Shown piece after piece: positions 1 through 11,776 of a stretch of 64,000 bases of DNA (position 1 is its first letter; every line of letters starts with the position of its first letter). The stretch is from positions 157,418,001 through 157,482,000 of the forward strand of contig OX597817.1 in the NCBI GenBank assembly GCA_951406725.2. Direction: 5' to 3'. The stretch comes from Octopus vulgaris (taxonomy: Eukaryota). A model generated the notes under the pieces. It did not search any database, was not told the origin of the DNA, and was given only the letters and a program-made list of their open reading frames with translations. The translations under genes and the position numbers were made by a program.

Positions 1-144
1 AGCAGCACGGAAAAAGTCTGGGAGCCACTGATATAGATTAAATACTTCATACAACTTAGAAGGTTTGGTTTAACAATGAGAAACCAGGTTAGCCCAATCT
101 GATAATTTTTTGATCTGCTTATTGAAGATATTGGCCTTGTATCT

Positions 145-560
145 TATTTCCTTATTGCCCACTAGGGGCTAAACACAGAGGGGACAAACAAGGACAGACA
201 AAGGGATTAAGTCGATTACATCGACCCCAGTGCGTAACTGGTACTTAATTTATCTACCTCGAAAGGATGAAAGGTGAAGTCAACCTTGGCGGAATTTGAA
301 CTCAGAATGTAATGGCAGATGAAATACCTGTTTCTTTACTACCCACAAGGGGCTAAACAGAGAGAGGACAAACAAGGATAGACAAACGGATTAAGTCGAT
401 TATATTGACCCCAGTGCGTAACTGGTACTTGATTTATCGACCCCGAAAGGATGAAAAGCAAAGTCAACCTCGGTGGAATTTGAACTCAGAATGTAATGGC
501 AGACGAAATACCACAAATCATTTCGCCCGGCGTTCTAACATTTCAGCCAGCTTGCTGCTT
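145..560 (-). mobile_element. tRNA-derived SINE family A, tandem dimer
   Basis: Two head-to-tail copies. The minus strand has a B-box-like GAGTTCAAATTCC and a central GCCTTTCATCCTTTCGGGGTCGATAAATTAAGTACCAG. Other copies at about 6740-6935, 17790-17965, 31904-32110, 34240-34455, 35610-35825, 46515-46760, 49586-50005 and 62355-62795. Confidence 0.85.
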
Positions 561-1449
561 TGTTTCTCTATTGTTATCAACTTTTTGTCTGCAGTGGAGA
601 CAGGAAACCTTCCTTTGAAAGTTCTACCAGTACTCTAAGCACTTGATTATACTGCCATGTGAATCAATACTCAAAACCAAGTGCACAGTGCTTCAGTGTT
701 CCAACCTTCTTACACCTGCACAGCCCACTCTTCTCTATTTTCCAGTGCTTTATACTTGTGGAACTAGAAAGTGCTGCACAACTCAGCATTTGAGACCCTT
801 TTAGTTCAGATACAAAATAAAAACTGGCCACAGCATATCAAATTTCCATATTGAGCAGCAACTGTCCTTATCAGGTGATTTTGGTCCATATTTCAGCCAA
901 CTGTTGTTCTGGTGTATATTTATGGCGTTTAGATTAATGGAAAATTCCAAGCAGTTTTGAACCAAATCATAGTTATAAATTGAGATGTATGGGGAAAATA
1001 CAAGAAAGAGAGTTCCAGAGGACTCATAGATGACTTTTTGGCTAGCCGGTTGCTAAGATTCTCCAACTTTTGGTTAAAAGATTTCCTTGTCAAGCTTACA
1101 ATCTCACACACCAGCTACTGGTATTCAACTTAATAGCTTTTTGTAAAAACCAACTGCAACATCAATCTGTAAATAAACATGTTAATAAAATCTAAATATA
1201 TTGGCTGGTTTTATTTGGGAGCAGTATGCAGCCAGACTGAATAATCCAGTTCCCAGCATGCATCTACCACAAAACCATGTCAAAGATGGAACAAACCAAA
1301 AAAAAATGGTTCTGGCTGTCTCCCATAATTGCACCAGTGAACTGGCACAGGACCATCGTGCGTGGGCTGCCATGGTTCAAGATGCCTCAAGGTTGGTAGA
1401 AGAAGCCGACTCAACCCGCCCAGGGTGAATGTTGCCACAAGTACAAGTA

Positions 1450-2680
1450 AGTAAATTTCTGGTATTTCTAGGTTTTTCTGTAAGTTTGAAGGTACATAAC
1501 CTCATGCACCTATGATAATAGGTACAAATGAGAATTCCTAGTCAGAGTACAAGAGCTGTAAGTTTCACATTAATTCACCATAAATATTCTCTTTTTCCTG
1601 TACTTTTGATGGTGCATTCACATCTGCTGGGCAGCTGACCTCTATAACAGTGCATGACTTATGTCCCGTGTCCCACAGAACAATATCAAGTCTGTTATGT
1701 TTGCACTGAATCGCTGTTTTTATTGGAGTGTGCTATCAATATTCCTTGTTTTTAATGCTGTTTTTATCCTCTAGTTTATGGGATATGTACCCATGAATTC
1801 CCTTTTGCTGGTACGATGCTTGCTTCTCCTCCAAGCTCCTGTTTAAGTACGCCAGTCTAGTCTTCTTTGGGTCACATGAGACAGTTGTATTCTTAGAGTA
1901 TCTATACAGTATTTATTCGATGTTGTTGCTCTCACTTTTGAGTATGCATGGAATGAACTCATTTCTTTCTTTGCCGTTCAGCAAGTGTTGTCTGAGTGAT
2001 ACAATACAACATTCAAAGGCTGTTTGAACTGACCTTATGTCTCTACTGTCATCACTTTTGGACATTTCTGACTATTCCTTCTGACACATGGAGGTAAGGG
2101 TTGACAACAGGAACAGCATCCAGCTGTAAAAATCTGCTGCAAGTTCCATCTGACCCATGCAAACATAGAAAAATGGATGTTAAATTATGATGCTGATGAT
2201 GGTGATGATGATGCATATGTGTGTATGTGTGTGTTGTTGTTGTTGTTGTTGTTAAGCAACAAGACGGGTAAGGGTGATTAGGTGATGGTCTAGGGCTTTG
2301 GAGTAGGAGACCCCAGACCTTGGAGAAAAAAAGAAAAAAAAACTTTAGTCGTCTTGTTGAAGTCGAGGGCTCTTCGTTGACGCCCGACACCACTGGGAGG
2401 TGGCCTTCGAAGTCACTGGAAATGGAGATCTCCTGGTCTAAATTCTTGAACGGCTGGTGTTGCCAGTGGTGGCCAGTACTTTAGTTTTGATGTCCAGACT
2501 GCAGATCTTGTCAAGTGTCCAGTCCAATATCCCAAATGTTGGTATATGGTCAACAATCTTTCCTTGGTTGATTACCATGTATGAGCATTTATCTTGCCCC
2601 AAATCCATTCCTAAGTCTCGTGAGAATGCTGTGACTAATTCTAATTGTCTCTTGATGTTGTTCAGGTTACCAGAATAATG
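1450..2680 (-). mobile_element. Degenerate R4/NeSL-like non-LTR retrotransposon fragments (RT plus restriction-like endonuclease)
   Basis: Minus-strand translations HNRLDIVLWD..CTVIEVSCPADVN...KVQEKENIYGEL (RLE motif, about 1590-1700) and LELVTAFSRDLGMDLGQDKC (RT, about 2585-2650); stop codons present; interrupted by other repeats. Confidence 0.7.
2248..2475 (-). mobile_element. Retroelement 3'-end family with (CAA)n tail, unclassified
   Basis: Near-identical copies at about 63558-63770 (same orientation) and about 51045-51240 (opposite orientation). Confidence 0.7.
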
Positions 2681-3130
2681 TGTGTGTATGTTTGTGCGTG
2701 TGTGAAAAACTGGAGCAAGTTGTTATCTTGCTGAGATACTAATTTAAGTTATCTTTCCTTCTATTTACTCACCTCCTTTAAGTAATCTAAGTGCAGGTAC
2801 ACCAGACACGCATATCTTGATGCTCTCCCCTCATACGTTTATATATAAAAAGGAACCCCTACATATATAAACACGGAAGAAAACAATACAAATGCGTACG
2901 CTTACATTATCCACAGAGAAAACGACAAGTTTCACTGATACTAAAGAAATTACAAGAATACTGTTAAAATAGTGATTGTGACTATAGCCGTCAAGGAAAC
3001 CAGATGCCCTTTCTGCCTGTGTCGTATAGGCGTTGGTTCAAACGATTTCATATAAAATCCCCGAATCTACACAACGAAGGGATCGGAAAAAATGAAATTA
3101 ACGTAAAACTAAGTATAAAAATTAATAATC

Positions 3131-3333
3131 GGCGTAACTTCGGTATAGGTACCGGAAGTACCGGATACATTTCAAGAAAGTGTTTTTTATATATATATAT
3201 ATATATATATGGGGGGGGGGTTAGCGTTAGGGTTTGTGTCAGGGTTAGGGTTAGGGGTGGGAGAAAAGGGTTTCTGTGTTATCTTCAGAAATGTAAACAA
3301 AGCCACTTCCGGTACGTATACCGAAGGATCGCC
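3131..3333. mobile_element. Mutator-like MITE with 9-bp TSD and internal telomere-like TTAGGG repeats
   Basis: Imperfect TIRs GGCGTAACTTCGGTATAGGTACCGGAAGT / ACTTCCGGTACGTATACCGAAGGATCGCC; exact direct repeat TTAATAATC at 3122-3130 and 3334-3342. Confidence 0.8.
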
Positions 3334-3639
3334 TTAATAATCATAATGTCGAAATAAATACCCACCGATGAAGGGACTTCTAGTTTTAAGAAAGACCGCA
3401 ATAATGGGTCTTTCAGGTATTGATTAGACAGAATTGGCTGCTGTTGAATAAAGTTTGTAGGTGGGTGCACTGTTGCATCTGTCGAACAGACTTGAAAATG
3501 CCCGTTGTTATTAATGAATGGGTTTGCTTTAAAACAGCTGAGAAGTTCTTTTGACCCTGTTTTCTGACATCTTTTGTTCAGTCGGTAAATAACATGGAAA
3601 GGAATCCTTTTAAACATTTTCAAACAGGATTATTTTTGA

Positions 3640-3763
3640 AACTTCAGCTTTAAACTAAGGAAAGATAACTTTAAAGAATCGCATACGAGGCTGATGTAGC
3701 ATTATCTTGTTTGGAAACATTGTAATGTGAGTTTATCTGGTTTCTACTTTTTGACCCAGTGAC
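3640..3763 (+). other. Putative non-coding first exon (5' UTR) of the PsuG-PsuK gene; start approximate
   Basis: Donor GAC|GTAAGT at 3763/3764 (alternative AAT|GTGAGT at 3726/3727), downstream of a relatively CpG-rich, promoter-like stretch. The first coding exon has an acceptor (TTTAG at 11315), so an upstream exon is expected. No transcript evidence. Confidence 0.35.
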
Positions 3764-5548
3764 GTAAGTAAATATTATTTAATAGTGATTATCAGTTAAT
3801 ATACTGCTATCAGTCAATACTTCAACTTTGACCGCAAACAATTTATGCACAGCATTCCGATATTAAACTAGATATTTCTGTTGTCACTTAGCAAGGTGCC
3901 CGCGTTAAGCAGGCCTTTAAGCAAAGAAATTTTTCTTCTGACCCTCTGTTCCTTTAAGTAGATATTTTATTTAGGACTACATTATTCAATATATTTGTCT
4001 TCTTTTAAAACTACATGGTGATATTTGAGAGTGACAGACGTATAGAGACAGAGAGCTTGGCTTCTATTTCTAGCAGGTTAAGTAGGGGTCGCCTATACGA
4101 CACTTTCAAAGTTTAAATTTCTAAATCAAATGCAACAGTCTACTTTAGTAGACTTCTTCATCTCATTCGTCATCTGAAATATACTTCATTCCATTAAAAT
4201 AATTTTACAATACTTCATCGTTCATGAGCAATAGCAACCAGCCAGGAACAGTCTTCGCTACATTTGCGGTACCTGCCAGAGGGAGTGTTTGTCCAGAATA
4301 GGACTACACAGCCACAGCAGGAAATGTATCAGGACATGAAATATAAAAGCCGGACTAGACTACTTCATGCGCAACTCCATTGTCTCCCGAGACAGAAAGG
4401 ATGCCAACAACATTGACCCTTGCAACCACAAGTTCTACACTATTTCTTCGTGTTTATTCAGATCTTTCTCTTGCATCGGTTTCGACGATGATTATTCCGG
4501 TTATTCACTGAATTGTAGTGTACGTGTCTCTATGTTCCTCACATACTCGCAATTTAAACAACCCTCAGGTAAAATAATCAGCGTGATGGGATAAGTAAAG
4601 TTTATCTACACAATTCCATCTACTCAAATTCACTCACAAGACTTGAGTAAACCAGAAGCTTTGGTAGAAGATAATTTATCAAAGATTTTATGCATAAGGA
4701 TCAAACTTATAGCCTCATAATTGCAAGCGAACTTCGCTGTACTACTAACAATAAATATTATCTTTTTGATAAATATATCTGTGTGCAGACGAGCATGTGT
4801 GAGTATAAGTATGTAGGTATTTTTGAATGTAAGTATGTATGTGTGCGTACACATACATTTGCTACTAGGACTAGAGGAAGGGGCAGTACCCATGACCCTC
4901 TTAGACCAGTAAAACCGATGCCAACAATATCCCGCGTGAATCTTTGTAAGTCAACAACTTCAGGAAAGGCGTGTGAGGGGAGAGAATTCTTGAGTGTTGG
5001 CATTATGGGAAAGAAGGAATGGTAACAATTTGTGCAGTGACTGTGGTGTTGAGACAAGGGTGATGAGAGGAGAACAAATATGGTAATGCCTGAGTAAAGA
5101 AGTTATGAGCTTAGTCAGCTCCAAGGAGCAGAACCATTATAGTAGCGATAGAAAAGACACAGCGAGGAGATGTACCTGTGTGCCAGAAGCTGGAGTGTTT
5201 CTGTAAATGACTTTATGCCAATCAGACCGGTGGCCCTTTTACTGGTTGCAGTTCAGGATGTCTCTGTGCTGAATTGTAGCATTGCCTCAGTTGTGATGGC
5301 TTTACCCAGCTGTTAATAATTGTTAGGAGCTGAAGTATCTTCTGGCCCTTAAAAAAGGGTTTGTCATTGGGATATGATTTTTCGCTTTGTTAAGGACATT
5401 CTTATGCCAGGTGAGACCCAAGTGCAGTGATTGTGAAATTTGTAGTTGAGTGCTGCTTGTAGTTAATGGGGAATGTCTTGTGTAATGATGTTTGCCTGTC
5501 AGGAGTATCAGTTGTCCTTTATTGCTGTTGAAAGAAACAAGTGGCATA

Positions 5549-5850
5549 CATCATCAATCATCGTCATCGTTTAACGTCCATTTTCCGTGCTAGCATGGGT
5601 TGGACGGTTCGACCGGGGTCTGGGAAGCCAGGAGGCTGCACCAGGCTCCAGTCTGATCTGGCAGTGTTTCTACAGCTGGATGCCCTTCCTAACGCCAACC
5701 ACTCCGTGAGTGTAGTGGGTGCTTTTTACGTGCCTTTTATGTACCACTGGCATAGAAGCCAGTCAAGGCGGCACTGGTATTGGCCACGTTTGGATGGTGC
5801 TTTTTACGTGCCACCGGCACAGGTATCAACATCTACAATTTCCATTACTT
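5549..5850 (-). mobile_element. RTE-clade LINE 3' end, (GAT)n tail; the most abundant family in the window
   Basis: Shared CATCATCGTTTAACGTCC...GGATGCCCTTCCTAACGCCAACCACTCC and internal ~60-bp subrepeats. Copies at about 7970, 9024, 16347, 19227, 24948, 26578, 27241, 28620 (-) and 30946, 33690, 42186, 46025, 57197, 58070, 61277 (+). Confidence 0.85.
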
Positions 5851-6949
5851 TTGAGATCTCTGTTAATAGGGGCAGTGTGGGTTTGAGACATGGTATTTAA
5901 GTTGTGAGTGGGTGATATATGGTCGGCAGTGTTGGATTAACCATTAAGCAAATTAAGCATGTGCTCAGGACATCAAAGGAAGTGGGGTACTATAGAAATG
6001 GTAAATGGTTTATAGCACAAAAGAAATCCCTTTAAATTTGCCAAAATAATATTTGAGCTTACTTATGGATGGGGAAAGCTGCATAAAGAAGTGCAAGCTC
6101 TAATTGTTGAGGGTACCTGTGGAAGGGGTATACCTAGGAAGACATGGGACGAAGTGGTGAGAAAGGATCTTTGGATGCTGGGCCTCACTGAGGAAATGAC
6201 AAGGGACCAGGCGATGTAGCAATTTGCTGTTCTTGATAGGACACATCAAGCTAAGTAATATTACTGTCTTCCATACATACATGTTTGTCCTTTCAGTTGC
6301 TGGTACCACTTAAAAAGCACCCAGCACACTCTGTTAAGCAGTTGGTGTTAGGAAGGGCATCCAGTTGTAGAAACCATGTCACAACACACAGGAGGTTGTA
6401 TCAGGAGGTGCTTGATGCAGCAACAGTGAGAGCTGAAAGGATGCTGCTAATGCAAAATATTAGAGATGGTTGGTGCCTAAAGATGGAAGGTTTTGATAAA
6501 AGATTTGCATTGCAGGCACTCCAAAAGCTTTTCTGATATCGAAGGTGACAACATTGCTTTCACACATTTTCTGCAAGGCAAGCATCCACTGGTGGGTGCT
6601 GGAGAAAGAGTAGGTCAATACTGAAATGGTGGTCATTAAAGAGAGAGAGAGAGACAGGCAGATAAATAGACAGATTCCATGTGCTGAAGAAAATCATTGT
6701 TAATGATTGTCTCCCTTGCCTTACGGATATTGCTTTCAGATTTTGGCATAAGGCCAGCAATTTAGGGAGGGGAGTAAGTCAATCACATCGACCTCAGTAC
6801 TTAACTGGTACTTATGTTATCAACCCGAAGAGGATGAAAGGTGAAGTCGACCTCAGTGGAAATAGAACTCAGAATGTAAAGACTGACAAACACTGCAAAG
6901 CATTTTGCCCAGCATGCTAACGATCCTGCCAACTGACCTTTTTTTACCT

Positions 6950-7790
6950 TGCAGGTATTAGAAGTGAGTGCAATTGGGCCATAGTTGGTGGGGTCGGAGA
7001 GGCTGCTTTCTTGTCCCTTGGAAATAGGACACACTACAGCATGTTTCCAAAAATCAAGATAGACCCATGTAAAAAGTGGGAGCTTGAAGAGTTTAGTGAG
7101 TATAGGGGCCTACCCTAGAGTGCAATATTTGAGGAAATTAGAAAGGAGATGGTGACCTTCTTGGTTTGATGTGACTGAAGGCACTTTTAGTATTTGGCGT
7201 GTGAGTATGCAAGGTGATGGAGCTGTAAGAGTGGAGGAGGGTAGAACTGGAGGAGATTTGCCAAGTGTGTATGGTGCACAGTTAGCTGTAAAGTGGAGTG
7301 CAAAAATGGAGACGTTGTCTGCAAAGATACTGCTCATGTAACCAACCTTGTGAAGTGGAAGGGAAGAAGTTTTTGAAAAGTTAGTAGAAATTTTTTTGGT
7401 AGGAGATCAAAAGATCAGCTGCAAGTTTGAAAGTGAAATAACTTGAGGGCTGCATGATACAGGAAGTCATCTTTCAAGGTTTGCATAGTGATCTTACTGA
7501 TGTAACATGACTAGGCAAATATCACTCTGTTGGAGAAGATGGGAGTCAGTGAATTTCAACAGAACTTGATTTTTGTCTGAGTAGCTTCAGTACTTGAAGT
7601 ATTGGGTTTTCATCATTAACAGGATTTGGAAGGATAGATTATGTTCTTAGGAGTTCACTTTTGTTGAGAAGAATGGTTCCTCTTGAGCACAGTGAATTGC
7701 AGGTCTTCTCAGTCCTTTATCATCTCCTTTGTGAGGTTCAGTGTCTTGAGATCAGCACAGAATTTTGTCAGTGAACAGGTTGCAGTTTCA
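6950..7790 (-). mobile_element. Degenerate LINE reverse-transcriptase fragment
   Basis: Minus frame DPTNYGPIALTSNTCK resembles the non-LTR RT motif (D)PxNYRPIALTS; highly decayed. Confidence 0.55.
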
Positions 7791-8337
7791 AAGCGATGAA
7801 AATATTTTGACAAATTAAATTTAAATGTTGAAGTGAATCTAACAGCGTTTTGTGTGTTTTTAAATGACTTATAAACACCTACACTGCAACTGTTTTTGTT
7901 TCAGCACACAATCTCAGATCAAGTCACTTGCTATGCAAGTACATCTCTGTAAAGCTTATATATATATATCATTATCAGCATCATCGTTTAACATCTATTT
8001 TCCATGCTAGCATGGGTTGGATGGTTCAACTGGGGTCTGGGAAGCCAGGAGGCAGCACCAGGCTCCAGTCTGATCTGGCAGTGTTTCTACAGCTGGATGC
8101 CCTTCCTAACACCATGAGTGTAGTGGGTGCACAGATGCCAGGGGAGGCTGGCATCGGCCACGTTTGGATGGTGCTTTTTATGTGCCACCAGCACGGGTAT
8201 CATAACTACAATTTCCATTTGATTTTTATTTTGATGTTGATGTACTTGACTCAATAGGTCTCCTCAAGCACAGCAGGTCGCCCTACGATCCAAGGTAAGC
8301 ACAGCAGGCCGTTCTGCGATCCAAGGTACTTTGGATG

Positions 8338-8398
<61 letters not shown>

Positions 8399-8405
<7 letters not shown>

Positions 8406-8936
8406 GAAATATTGCATTTCTAAATCTCTCAGAGAGACTTATACAGTAGCAGCACAATAAAGTGATGGTTTATTGCCAACTTAATGTGGCAGTCCCAGGA
8501 AAAGGAAGAATGCTACTGTTATTTAGCCACAGGAAACATTGTTTCCAGCTGGCTATATGACACAAGTGTTCTGTGTCCTTAAGTTTTCAAATAGGGGAGA
8601 TAAGCACCTCCACCCAGCAAAGCCAGCATCCAGAGAGATTTAGAAATGCAATATTTCTAATTTTGTAGATCAGTGAATTTATTTCAAAGGCGAATATGCA
8701 TCAACAGCTAGCAAGCCAAGCTACTTCAGACTGATGAAGTGTAATGACTCTGAAACTAGTCTCTAGATGCTGGCTTTGCTGGGTGGAGGTATTTATCTCC
8801 CCTGTTTGAAAACTTGAGGACACAGAATGCTTGTGTCACATAGCCAACTGGAAACGATGTTTCCTGCAGCTAAATAGCAGTAGCATTCTTCCCTTTCCTT
8901 GGACTGCCACATTAAGTTGAAAACAAACCATCTCTT

Positions 8937-8938
<2 letters not shown>
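8399..8938 (+). mobile_element. Penelope-like pseudo-LTR / retrozyme remnant with partial inverted duplication, inserted in (TA)n
   Basis: About 8457-8630 is the imperfect reverse complement of about 8766-8938, and 8399-8430 of 8633-8664; hammerhead-like core at 8728-8764; (TA)n on both sides. Confidence 0.7.
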
Positions 8939-9025
<87 letters not shown>

Positions 9026-9499
9026 CATCATCATCATCGTTTAACGTCTGTTTTCCATGCTGGCATGGTTGGATGGTTCGACCGGAGTCTGGGAAGCCAG
9101 GAGGCTGCACCAGGCTCCAGTCTGATCTGGCAGTGTTTCTATAGCTGGATGCCCTTCTTAACGCCAACCTCTCCGTGAGTGTACTGGGTGCTTTTTACGT
9201 GCCACCGGCACAGGGGCCAGTGGAGGCTGGCAACGGCCACGATCGGTTGGTGCATTTTATGTGCCACCAGCACAAAAGCCAGTCAAGGCAGCGCTGGCAT
9301 AGGCCACGTTCGGATGGTGCTTTTTACTCGTGTCACCTGCACGAGTATCTTAACTACAATTTCCAATTGATTTTCATTTTGATGTTGGTGTTGACGTACT
9401 TGACTCAATAGGTCTCCTCAAGAACAGCGGGTCACTCTACAATTCAAGGTTAGCACAGCAGGCCATCCTGCGAGCCATGAACTCACTTCATTTGTCATA

Positions 9500-9823
9500 T
9501 CTTTATATATAAAAGTGAAGTTGTGTGTCTGTCTCCTACAATTTAGATTCCTAACTACTCCCACATTTTGCGGTGCAGTTTAACCAAAACCCGGGTATAT
9601 TATAGTCGTGATTCATATCGAGCCCTTCTGGGTATTAGCACGTGTCTACGATGAGTCTACGATTTAAAAAAAAAATTACCATAATTTTTTTTCCATTTTA
9701 ATGCATTTTTTCGCTATTATATAAGGGAAGTAACTTTCTAAAAATGTTTACAATGAGTCAACGACTTTTAAAAAAATTTACCATAATTTTTTTTCCATTT
9801 TTAATGCCGGGCGATACTGCTAG
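9500..9823 (+). mobile_element. Non-autonomous Helitron (internally deleted)
   Basis: A|TC...CTAG|T termini; homologous to 15559-16072. Confidence 0.75.
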
Positions 9824-11336
9824 TATATATATATGTATATGTATATATATATCTTAGTTCAAACAAGAGTGACATTACCCACAGCCCTTTGCATCTTCTT
9901 TCAGATGGTGAAATAGATGTTCTTCTTCTGATGTTCACCTTTAAAGGTAACTAAGATAGAGTTGTAAACAGGTGAATAAGATTCAATCTTAGAACTCTTA
10001 AGACACTATAATTCTAAGTTCTGAGTTTGGTTATGATGTTTAAACTCGAAACTCAAATCCATTATCCAACAGCCATACTACTTATCTGATAATTAAGAAA
10101 TAAGAAAAAATGTAGCTCAGCATTCCTACTCATCCCACCGCCCCAGGGAGATAATAAAACAGTAATGTTTGTATTAGCATCAAAGGTTGCTAATGACCCA
10201 TATTTCTCTGTTTAATGATACAAACGAATCTTATAAACGTTTCAATTATTTTTTAAACCAGTGTTAGAAACCAAAAACCAAACAAACTATTGTCTTTCTA
10301 ATCAGTGTATATAATCAGTGTACCACTTGTAATAAGGTGGGAAAAACAAAAGGCTTCACTTATATTAAGTACATACTGATTGACTTGGTAAAGTGAAACT
10401 TTTGTCTAGATTATTTATCTAGTTTATTTATCTTATACTATCGCTGCCATCAGAACTACCGTAAGCATCCTTTATTGTGGTTTATATAGAAGACAGTGAA
10501 AATGTTTGAGACATGAGAGGCTATCCCTATCGCTCTACATTCCAACTTAAAATCCTTTGTGATTTACTTTAGTTTTCATTACTATAGGATTGATAAAATA
10601 AGTAGTAGTGATATAAGTAAGGAATCAAATCAATTGACAATGTTGCTCCCTTATAAATTTGTTTTGTTATTATTAAGTGTATCTTTGGAACATAAATTAA
10701 ATTGTAATTTTTATGGAAGGTTTTAACTTACATCAGTTTTAAAACAGAAAGTTTGTTTCATAGAACCAGAGGCAATCTCAGACAGGTTGGTATCAAAGGG
10801 GTTGATGTTTTATATATTATACATACTATACTTACTACAAGTATGTGTGTGTGTGTGTGTGTATCATCACTATTGCCATCAAGGGATTAATAATGATTTC
10901 TTTGAAACAGACACAAAACCAATTTTTGGTTCGGATTGTTGTATAGTTGTTAGATTCAGCTCTATATATGGCAAATATTTATTTTAATAACCCGACAGAG
11001 ATGAAAGGCAAAGTTTATTTAGCTGGATTTGAACTATAAACAAAGAGGGATAAAATTCAGTTCTGTAAGATATTTAGTTTGGTGCCTCAGTGTTTCTCCA
11101 TATCTACTATTTTCATCCTCATCTTCTTTATATCTTACCAAATTCAATCTTTTCTTCTTTTGTGTCTTTCTCTATTTTCCTTTCTAATCTTCAGTAAAAA
11201 TAATGCTTTTTACCTGATCACTTCGTTAGGTTACTTACTGTTACCTGTTTTCTTTCTTACCTTGCTGTTATCTATTCATTTTGCAACTTCACTTTTACCT
11301 GTTCTTGCTATTTAGAGCTTTCCAGTGTGGGTCACC

Positions 11337-11409
11337 ATGTGGCAGGCCCTAGGGAGATTTTTAAGGAGGATTGACCTTTGTGAATTACCCAAGAGAAAAC
11401 TTCATCAAG
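11337..11409 (+). CDS. Coding exon 1: [24 protein letters not shown](G), possible mitochondrial presequence; exon begins 11316
   Basis: Polypyrimidine tract plus TTTAG acceptor at 11315, Kozak-like CACCATG, donor AAG|GTATTT, phase 1 matching the next exon. Confidence 0.75.
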
Positions 11410-11737
11410 GTATTTGACACTTTAATTATTTTAGTATATTTTTATATTAAATCTTTTACTAGCAAAACAAGCATTTATATATATTTGGGTGTGTGTATAT
11501 GTACATACATGCATATATATATGTGACCCTCCTTCTTCCCTTCTTTCCTGAGCGTCCAATAATACTTTATTTGTTCCACATCCTTGCGTTGTTGTCTTTT
11601 TGTTTTCTTGTTTGCATTAACTTTATATATATATATATATACACACACATATATATATATACATATGTATATGCATATATATGCATATGTATATGCATAT
11701 ATATATATATATATGCATATATATATGCACATATATA

Positions 11738-11776
<39 letters not shown>

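Noticed and set aside
3221-3260. Telomere or interstitial telomere
   Set aside because: Only a few TTAGGG-like units, enclosed in a TIR/TSD element.
4532-4568. Alternative first coding exon MFLTYSQFKQPS(G) with phase-1 donor CAG|GTAAAA
   Set aside because: Phase-compatible, but the ATG context is weaker than exon 11316-11409 and there is no supporting feature. It cannot be excluded as a minor isoform.
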